A stretch of DNA of 64,000 nucleotides, taken from contig JAKMXF010000222.1 of assembly GCA_024704765.1 (NCBI GenBank), positions 62,001-126,000 of the forward strand. The letters run 5' to 3'. Made by a program: the position numbers and the translations under genes. Below, one piece after another: positions 44,700 through 53,822 of this stretch. The notes under the pieces are model-generated. The model saw only the letters and a list, made by a program, of their open reading frames with translations, did not search any database and was not told the origin of the DNA. This DNA is from Oopsacas minuta (lineage: Eukaryota; Animalia; Porifera). Every line of letters starts with the position of its first letter. Position 1 is the stretch's first letter.

Positions 44700-46859
44700 A
44701 TGGCAGGGTACGAACAAGAACCAAGTATTTCCCCCGAGCCAGTTGAATTGTCCTCGCTAATGGAAGTAGAATTTCTCAGAGGCTCAGCATGGTACAAAGC
44801 ATTTCTAATTGACTATGAGACAGATAGTCAGCAGGCAGTTATCACATTTGGTGGTCATATGAATCGTGATCAACAGGTTCCGCTCAAGTTCCTACGCTAC
44901 CCTCCTCCCCCATCAAGCAGTCCAGTGATACTCCAGGAGAAAGGACCAGTGGAGGCCTTAGCTCCAGCTGCAGAGGGCGAGCCAGAGGGTTGGTGGAAAG
45001 GAAAAATCGCCAAGATGAAGGGCGAGTTCTATGTTGTGGAATTCGACAGTCAGGGAGCACTTTTCACGGACATATTTGAGGGTTCAAAAGTCCGCACTCC
45101 AAACTCTAATCAACCTTTCTCAGAAACCAACTTCTCGATCTACAGAACAGCTATAGAAGTTCCGTTAGATTTGCATTCCTTCTGCTCTAAAGATGTCCAC
45201 AGCTCCTTTAGTAAATCAATAGGAGCCCTAAGTGTTAGCTACCGTCGTGACCAGAATCTTCTCGTATTCCTGGCTAAATCTCAAGCAGTTATACAACGTG
45301 CGAACCTTCTATCTGATATGCACATGCGAAATCTACGCACCAAAATGAATTTAGAGCAACGTGCTATTGAAGTTGATAGAACCAATCCTTCCTCTGGTCC
45401 TGCACCCTCCTACATGGGTGTGTCACGTGAAGCTACTTTCCGAGTAGAGCCAGAACTCCTGGGGTTAGCTATTGGTCGTCAGGGTACCAACGTAACGAAT
45501 GCTAGGGGTCTAGGCGGTATACTACGAATTGATTTAGATGAGGAGACTTGTACTTTCCATATTATTGGAGAAAGTGACCAATCCATTGAAGAAGCAAGGA
45601 AGAGACTTGAATTCATAGATTTGACTATAGATGTACCCCGTAAGAGTATTGGACGTCTTATTGGTAAGAAAGGTAGTTTGATTCAGGAAATTGTCGATAA
45701 AAGCGGAGTAGTGAAAGTAAAGATAGAAGGAGATGATACAACACAGCCTCGTAACCAGCTGTCTCCAGATGATCAGGTTCCATTCCATTTCATAGGCCGT
45801 AAGGAAAATGTAGAAACAGCACAGATAATGATGGATTATCAAATGGCGCACATACGTGATTTGGATAAATTTATCTCTGAGCACGATGATATACCGTCTC
45901 CTTCTATCAGCACCCGTCCCAACCGACCAGCTGATGAGCAGGGTGGATATAGAGGAGGTCATGCTTACGGCGGGACTGGGAACTTTCGGGGCTCTGAAAG
46001 AGAGCGAGAGGATAGATATTATAGTGGTCAGCGTCGTGACCGTGATAGGGAAATCCGCGACCCCAGGGAGACACGTGACCGTGACCGTGACCGTGACCGT
46101 GAGCGAGATCCACGCTCTCTTCGTTCTGATGAAAAGCGCGATGAGGAGCATCAGTCTACTGTGCGTGTAATTGATAGGGCTGTTAACCGTAGAGGCGATA
46201 GAGGTGGACAAAGGAATTTCCAAGGCAGTGGTGGATACAGAGAACAAGGGGGTAATGGCTACCGCGGAGATCAAGGTCGTAACGGGGATAGACGTAGACA
46301 ACAAGGACGGTCTGGGGAATTCGGTTTTGATAGTGGGTATGATGCAGAGAGACGGAGGCCTTTCCGTGAGAATCGGGACAGAGATCACCCTGAGAGAAGG
46401 GATAGAGGTGATAACGAAGAACGCCGTCTTGCAGAGCGCTCTGATAGAGGACGTAATGACCGACGGGGAGCTAGAGGGGGTAGGAAAGATGGACAACGAA
46501 GATACAGTGGGAACCGTGTTGGCGGCAATAGAGCAAAGCGAGAAGAAGATGCTCAAGAAACAGGTGATACTGCTGAAGTTAATCCCACTAACGAACCAGG
46601 TACAGAAGGAGGTGAAAACTATTCTAATATTACAGCTGACGAAACAACTGATCAACCAGCTGTTCCTACTACTGAATCAGCTGAGAACGGAGATGATCCC
46701 CCAGTTGATAATGAAAGTGAACAGGTTGATTGGTCAGTTGTAGCAGAACAGGAACCTGATGATGTTAAACCTATCAAGCACTCTCAAACAGCTGATATCG
46801 TGAATGGCGCCGACAAAATAACTCTCAGCGATGACAATACTGAAAGTGCAGAACCCTAA
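44700..46859 (+). CDS. FMR1: Fragile X family RNA-binding protein (Agenet x2, KH0, KH1, KH2, RG/RD-rich tail), intronless, 719 aa
   Basis: VEF..GSAWYKAFL, EPEGWW.GKI.KMKGEFYVVEF, MHMRNLRTK, LLGLAIGRQGTNV, IGRLIGKKGSLIQEIVDKSGVV. Confidence 0.95.
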   Translation: MAGYEQEPSISPEPVELSSLMEVEFLRGSAWYKAFLIDYETDSQQAVITFGGHMNRDQQVPLKFLRYPPPPSSSPVILQEKGPVEALAPAAEGEPEGWWKGKIAKMKGEFYVVEFDSQGALFTDIFEGSKVRTPNSNQPFSETNFSIYRTAIEVPLDLHSFCSKDVHSSFSKSIGALSVSYRRDQNLLVFLAKSQAVIQRANLLSDMHMRNLRTKMNLEQRAIEVDRTNPSSGPAPSYMGVSREATFRVEPELLGLAIGRQGTNVTNARGLGGILRIDLDEETCTFHIIGESDQSIEEARKRLEFIDLTIDVPRKSIGRLIGKKGSLIQEIVDKSGVVKVKIEGDDTTQPRNQLSPDDQVPFHFIGRKENVETAQIMMDYQMAHIRDLDKFISEHDDIPSPSISTRPNRPADEQGGYRGGHAYGGTGNFRGSEREREDRYYSGQRRDRDREIRDPRETRDRDRDRDRERDPRSLRSDEKRDEEHQSTVRVIDRAVNRRGDRGGQRNFQGSGGYREQGGNGYRGDQGRNGDRRRQQGRSGEFGFDSGYDAERRRPFRENRDRDHPERRDRGDNEERRLAERSDRGRNDRRGARGGRKDGQRRYSGNRVGGNRAKREEDAQETGDTAEVNPTNEPGTEGGENYSNITADETTDQPAVPTTESAENGDDPPVDNESEQVDWSVVAEQEPDDVKPIKHSQTADIVNGADKITLSDDNTESAEP
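46074..46109 (+). repeat. (CGTGAC)n hexamer encoding an RD dipeptide run in the FMR1 tail
   Basis: CGTGAC x4 + CGTGAG CGAGAT = RDRDRDRDRERD. Confidence 0.9.
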
Positions 46860-47258
46860 TTAGCTATCATATCCTAATCATTAGCTCATTTTCCGTAGAA
46901 CATAGCATGTTTGTCTTTCTGTTTCTCTCTTACCTACCTATTCCTTCTTTCCTACTATCTTAGTGCTCCACACTACTTGATTACTACTACCTACTACTAC
47001 TGCACCATACTGATCCTATATAATCTCCTAACGATCTTCATTAGCTCCTATCTGTACACCTGTACGACCTATAGGCAATACCGCTCTTTAGAGATTTAGA
47101 TTCATGACTTATTAGACCTGATTATGTATTTTTGTTGATATAGTGAATTGTTGTTCTGTTTCTTTCTTGAAGTTCTATTGATTGAAGATTCGTCCTATTC
47201 CTGTATATTTCATTTATAGGGGGTGATTATATATACATAATCATATTTCCTTGTTTAG

Positions 47259-50200
47259 AGGCCATTAAAAGTATCCCAGAGTGCAAAACAACCATTACGT
47301 CACAAGAAATCACTTATGTTATGTGACTACTGCCTCATGACAGTGTCTACCCCAGCATTTTATGCTTCCGGTGAGAAGGGTAAAGGCAAGGAGATCACGT
47401 TTAGATTCTCTCCTCTTGCCAAGATTGGTCTCTTAAGAGGTGCTATCCTAAGAGTAAGTTGCCCTCAGATTTGAAGTGATGTACGTGTGATTGTATTATG
47501 AATATTGTAGGAATTCTTAGAGAGGACTCACTCATCACCAGCACTACTATCAACCTTACATCTCTGTTATTTTAATGACGTAAGATCATAACTATTTTAT
47601 ATGTTCCAAACCTGGGATGGACACCTTGTTAGTCCGCGGAAGACAGCAGGGGGTCTACAGGCGAAAAAGGTTGGGAACCACTGAGCTAGAGCAATGCCTG
47701 AATTTGTTTTCTTTATAGAGAGATAGAACCTGGATTTGGCTAGATGAGAGTCTCCCCCTATTCACCTACAATCTACAGAGAGAAGTTAGTAGACTCAATA
47801 GTAACACTGACAATTGAATTAATATTGTACATTTACAGTGTAGAATAGAGCTTAAACCATCTACACCACATTCTACAGGAGTACGTATCGTGTTACCGGA
47901 TATTGAACGGACTATGATGGTTACATACGACCAATTTACCATTGTATCTGACCTGCTTAGTCAGGTTCTTCAAACTCAAAAACTTAGAATTAAAGACACA
48001 AAAGGCTTCTCTCTATTCCACGTCAGACTTAGAATTACGTTAGTTTGTTTATTATTTGTGTTATTTGTTAGTTTACTTTTGTATACTATAGGCTAGATCC
48101 AAATCGATCATTGACATATTACGAGACTTTATCCCAAGTAAGTTTTGTGATATCATAAATTATCCCTAAGGAATAGATTAATGCTTATTCCCTCCTATAG
48201 GATACACTGGAGTGTAGGGTAGCACCAGGTAAAATGGAGTGTAGAAGTATTAGTATTTATAGCCCACAAACAGATACCTATCACCATGTAGATGTATGTC
48301 TAGATCAAACCATAGGAGACTTAATCAGGTATTTACCTCAAATAAACTGATAATATCTACATTCTATAAGCTATCCCTCTCTAAAGTCTCTTAATACGAC
48401 AGTTACCTAATTACGATTACAGTCACTGGCATCATTCAGCTTTATACTACAAACCAAAGGATGGATCAAAAGGTCAATGGTTGGATGATTACAAATACCT
48501 TTACTATTATTCTATTGATCCAGATGTAAGCTATATTATTTACTCGTTAATAATCGAATGTGATTATATGGCCCTTTAGGAAAGTTTAGAGTTCAAAGCA
48601 AGATATAGGCCGCTTGTATTTGACCTACATATATACTTTTCTAACAGAGATCAGCGTGAGAGAAGTCTTACCTTATTGTTATCGCAGAATATATTAGTTC
48701 AACAAGTTCTTGAGTTATTACATGCTACATGGTGTGTGAAGTTATTTTTCTGAGGTTTATCTGGTTATTTACATATAATCTTTAGTTCATTCGAGTTTGA
48801 AACAGAGTTCTACGGCTTGTATCAACATAATGGACAGCAGATACCAAATGAAGTACGACTATGCGAGTATCTAGATAACATAGCAAATAGGAAATACGAG
48901 GTTATTACGTCATAAATGTGTATTCGTATGGCAACTGACGCTAGAATTACGTTATATTACTGTAGGATACAGTCCGTGTGCAGATGATACCAATGCCAGT
49001 AGAAGTTGAGCTGGTTGAAGAAGGTAGAAGAGATCAGGAGCAATGGTAATTATACAATGTGTATAAACTGTAATTATAAATATTTACGGATTCTCCGTAT
49101 TTATAGCTCTATTGTGACGTATGTGGATTTTAGCCGTCCAAGCAGAGATCTCAGAAACTTGCTAACTAGAAGATTTGGTGTTAGAAATAAACACACGTGT
49201 ATTATAACCTTCGAAGGTGACAAAATGTGTGTGTATACACTTAAAATATATCTTATCATATTGTACCGTTTTTAGATATAGAACTTGATCTGAAAATGTC
49301 TCTATTTGATAACGGTGTAACAGAGAAGTCTACTGTATATTTTGTGCACAAAACAGAAGAAAGATTGTTATCACCATCTCCTGTGTTAGATTATTCATAC
49401 AATAGCCTTGCTTGTACTATTACACCTGATCTATTAGCTGATCTTCCTAGAAAGGTGTGTATTGATATGATTAATGTTTATCAAATGAAAATGCACATTA
49501 TTTGTTTCTTAATAGATGGAGGTTATGCGATCAAAGTCATTAATGTTACCTTCAGGTATATATCTACAAATTAACAGTATTTATTTGTATTATTATTTAC
49601 TCTCTGCTGCTTCTACAGATATGCCGAACATATGGGATGATCAACACGAAGACCAGTATAATATACGTTATGTACAAGCTACTAAGAATGTATGTTCTCA
49701 GCAGACTAGCTATTAAATTTGTTAACTATACCAATCCCATAGGTATCAGCTGCTACATTCAATAAGCTGGTAATAAGACTCACCTCAGACCAAGATTTAG
49801 GTATCATCAACATACCATGGGTATGAGTTTAATGAATAGTTATTATATCTGTTTTGTAGATTTGGGATTTGTTAAAACATTTCTACTCACATACCGTGCG
49901 TATACTTCCCCTAAGATATTGCTACAGAAGCTAGAAGAGAGATACAATGTGATACGGTCACGTGATAAGTCTATAAACGATTTCAATATTTCAAGAACAA
50001 AGATACAAGTATGCTAATTAATCTGTTTACAAACCTCAACACAGTTAATATATTAACATTTATTTTAGCTTAGAGTTATAAATGCATTGAAGTTCTGGCT
50101 CGAATTAGGATTTGATTTCGAAGGTAAATGACCTGTCAATTGATATATGGATACGATTAAAAATTGATTTTGACAGATGACAGCTCTCTACAAAGACAAA

Positions 50201-51598
50201 TGATGGATTTCATTGATAATGTGTTATACGATGATCAACCTAAGATGTGTAGAAGACTCCGTACTCTCCTGTTAATATTACAAGTAACACCTTTCGATAT
50301 ATTTCATTTTAGCACCAGTTTATGAGATATTTATAGGGTAAACTCGATAAAAGTGATAAACAGAATACTCGCGAAAAACCTCCTCCAATTAAAGTGAATA
50401 AATCCGCACTTACAGCCAGCTGTTTAACCGAGTTAGATCCTGAAGAAGTAGCTAGACAACTGACTCTTATAGATTTCGCTATATACTCGAAAATAAAACC
50501 ATACGAGTTGCTTAACCAGGTAAATTACAGTTTTATACAAAATATGAAAAAATTTCTGACGTCATTATATTAACAGGCTTGGGCTAAACCTAAATACAAA
50601 CACAAAGCAAAGAATGTACATTGTCTAATAGAACGTCTCAATAACTTAACTCTATGGGTAGCTACAGTTATACTCTCATACACCGTGAGTTATGAATAAC
50701 TAACTGCTTAAAATGTTATTATTATTATTATTTGTGTTGTTTTAGGAAGATTATCAACGTGCAAAGGCAATTTCCGCATTTGTAAAGATAGCTTATGTAA
50801 GTTTTCAATCAGAGAGTTCTTCCAGTGTATTTATATGTAATTTTATCTGTAGCATCTCTATCGTCTTCACAACTTCAGTACCTTAATGGCTATATACTGT
50901 GGAGTACAGCATGGTTCTATTACCAGATTGTATAGAACTTGGTCTAAAGTAGATCGTAGCACTAACAAACTACTTGAGGATTTAACTACTGTCTGTGATC
51001 CTCAATTAGGACACAGTAATATGAGAGAAGAGATGACTAATGCAAATCCTCCTTGTCTTCCATACATGTTAGTTTCTTATTCAATTACAGACAACTTCAG
51101 TTATATCGAAGCCCAAGGGACCGCGATAATTACTTCGATATAACTGGAGGTGACTCTATGTAGTATAATTTACAAATATTTATTTGAATTCCTCTCTCTC
51201 TCCTTCATGCAACATCTGTTTTACAGAGGTAGGCCAATTTCTATTGTAAAATTTTTCAAATTCTTTAATGAATTTATTTGACAGGTCTATATATGAAAGA
51301 TCTGACATTAATCGATGAAGGTAACCCAAATTTAATGCAAGACGGCTTAATCAACTTTCTAAAATGTGATATGATATATAAGAGCATTAGAGACGTACAG
51401 ATGTACCAGGTAATTATTATTATATTATTAACTAGCTAGCTGAAATAATTATTCGTTTTTGTGTAGCAAAAGAATTACAACTATGAAGAAGAACGGTCTA
51501 TTAACGCTTCTCTGTCATCTTTCCAGTTTGTAGATGAAAAAACCGCTTACCAACGTTCAGAGCTTTATGAACCAAGGTTGTTCATTTATTTTACTTAA
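47259..51598 (+). CDS. Ras-family GEF (several probable ubiquitin-like repeats + REM + CDC25), more than 20 short exons
   Basis: REM: AATFNKLV.RLT, FVKTFLLTYRAYTSP..LL.KL.ERY, IQ|LRVINALKFW. CDC25: LDPEEVARQLTLID, ELLNQAW, HNFSTLMAIYCG, PPCLPYM|GLYMKDLTLIDEGN, LINFLK. Confidence 0.88.
47598..47683. mobile_element. hAT MITE family D, partial, in a RasGEF intron
   Basis: Right end AAAAAGGTTGGGAACCACTG followed by AGCTAGAG; left end degraded. Confidence 0.55.
51088..51156. mobile_element. MITE family A, minimal 69-bp hairpin copy in a RasGEF intron
   Basis: TA|CAGACAACTTCAGTTATATCGAAG ... CTTCGATATAACTGGAGGTGACTC|TA. Confidence 0.8.
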
Positions 51599-51880
51599 AA
51601 AATTTGTACAAAAATCACTGTATTTATTTGTATTAATTATTATAGGATTCGTAGAGTTTGAAAGATATTTATATATTGAGTGTATTGCATTTATATATTT
51701 GTGTCGTTTACATGTTTTTATTCATTTTATATGTTTTATTCCTTTTCATAAACAGAATTGTATATATTGTGTGTATGTAAATACGTACTGGATTTTAATA
51801 CTACTTCTTATAATTTGTCAATGATTTGAAGGGCTATTTATAATCGTGAAAATACAGATTGAGTTTGTTGTTGTAATAGA

Positions 51881-52965
51881 ATGGCTACAAATTCAAAACT
51901 AGCTGTATCAGGGACTGGTAGCTTAACTATAGCAAGCAATACTCCCCCACAGGTATCTACATTTGCTATATCATCTGTTGAAAAGGAATTAGATGCAAGT
52001 TTTATACGAGCACTTCATCTCCTCCATTCAACAGATCCTGACGCTAAGAATGAATTAAAACGTCTAGTTGAGCAACAGATAGAACAAGCTACCGCCAACC
52101 AAGCCAGCAAGCCTAAAAGCGCATTTTCATTTGACGGAAAGAAGTTATTCAACCCTGTTAGACTCAAGGAGAAATCTCCACAGGTATGTTATATATATTA
52201 AATACACATGACGTCAAGATAATACGTCATCACATTTTCAAGGTTGTAACCACTACTACTACTCTGGTATCAGGTGGAGTTAATACAATGCATATGGAGG
52301 ATATAATGTCTCCGTTATCTACCAGCAAATTGCCTACAGTTAAAGAACAGTTCATCAATAGACTAAGTTCTTCATCTTCTGATGAAGAATCTCCTATTCC
52401 TATAAATGGAAGAAGGCTACCTATACCTCTCACGAAACAGAGTTCTCCCAAGCGATTAAAACTAACTCACAGAGGTAATATATGTAGTATTGTCAGATCA
52501 TTAACAAAGTTCATAGATTTTGGCTTTGGCATGATCATGTAATGAACCTTAAACTTTTGATTTTGGCATACACTTGATATGAACTTTTCAAGTTTGTGAC
52601 ACTGTATACGTATGCGATTGAAATTTTGATTTTTATTGTATTTAGCTCTGTTGGGTGATTCAGATGACTCTGTTGATAATTCTACTGATAATGATTCATT
52701 TGAAGAATTATTAAAAGAGACAGATAAAACAGAATTACACCATACACCAATACAGAAACCTACCAGCGTAGAGCAGAGACCGAGATTGCCTCAAAAGTCA
52801 ACTACAGCTTTTATACAACTACCTGTTGATAAGAATAGCTCTGGACATATTAAGCAGAGACCTCTATCAAATATGACACATAAAAAATTAATAGGCGGCC
52901 ATCCTTCTCGTGTCAAAAATAAGAAAATGAAATTTGTGAAGAAACAATCTTTTAAGAGGAAGTAA
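51881..52965 (+). CDS. INTS12: Integrator subunit 12-like, no PHD finger; exons 51881-52183, 52243-52474, 52646-52965
   Basis: N-terminal ELDASFIRALHLLHSTDPDAKNELKRLV resembles INTS12 ELDPIFLKAL..LHS...D....LK.LL; basic C-terminus KKMKFVKKQSFKRK. Confidence 0.7.
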
Positions 52966-53041
52966 TATAATTTGCATGCAAATAACCTTTTGGATGTTAT
53001 TAATGTATAAACACATAAAACTAATTTCTCTATAAAATTCT

Positions 53042-53635
53042 CTAATATAACTTCAAATGCCCCGTTATCTCATCTATTTGCTTTGAATGATCAGGTCCTA
53101 TAGCTAATACAGTAGTTGTACCCGGAGCTAATTGTGTGTGACCCGCGTCTCTAATTGATTCTGTGTGTAGTCCGAAACTCATTGCTTTTTCTTTAATATT
53201 TTGCATTTCTTCTAAGCTCTCCACCTATAAGAATTAATTCGATATTGGAAACGACACATTCCTCCTATTTATAGTTTTTGCGAGGTTTGTTATGAACATA
53301 TTTGCATTTATTCTTACCTTCACAACTACTTTTTTCTGACCACAGTCCATCCATCTTTCAATCAGCTGATATTGATGTTCCTCTATCAGACTATGATACG
53401 TACTAGTAGCTCCATGAGCACACTGCGCAGCTGCTTTACCCTTACCCATATGTAGATCATTTCTGACTACAAGTACCATCTTATAATCCCCTGTATTATC
53501 ATCTGTATATGCTGTTGGGTTCTTATCCTTACTCTTAACTATATTCTGTATACTGGGCTTCTTAATGTGTGCTGCTAGGAATCCAATGCAAACACCAGCA
53601 CTGAGAGCTATGATTAGATTCATATTGCTAGACAT
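53042..53635 (-). CDS. PTRH2: Peptidyl-tRNA hydrolase 2 (Bit1); exons 53635-53318, 53224-53042
   Basis: N-terminal TM anchor; YKMVLVVRNDLHMGKGKAAAQCAH; W...GQKKVVVK|; IRDAGHTQLAPGTTTVLAIGP; ITGHLKLY. Confidence 0.95.
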
Positions 53636-53730
53636 ACATATATACTGAGTAGGTAGAAAATATCAAATAAGCATGTCTAATTGTTCCATGCGAAATTCGC
53701 TTAGAATCTATTTGTGAATTGGCTACAGTC

Positions 53731-53787
53731 TAACGTCCACAAACAGGGTATCATTTTCGGTGTCCCTGCCACCCCGTTTGTGTAGGT
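53731..53787. repeat. Palindromic family E copy in the ~190-bp head-to-head gap PTRH2/OSBPL1A
   Basis: TAACGTCCACAAACAGGGT...ACCCCGTTTGTGTAGGT. Confidence 0.75.
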
Positions 53788-53822
53788 GGTTATACTATAT
53801 TCACCGTTAGCATGACAGTATA

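Noticed and set aside
45534-46743. Long overlapping ORFs in FMR1 (373 aa antisense; 190 aa alternative frame with GTG start)
   Set aside because: By-products of the purine-rich repetitive R/D/G codons, which suppress stops in other frames; no domains.
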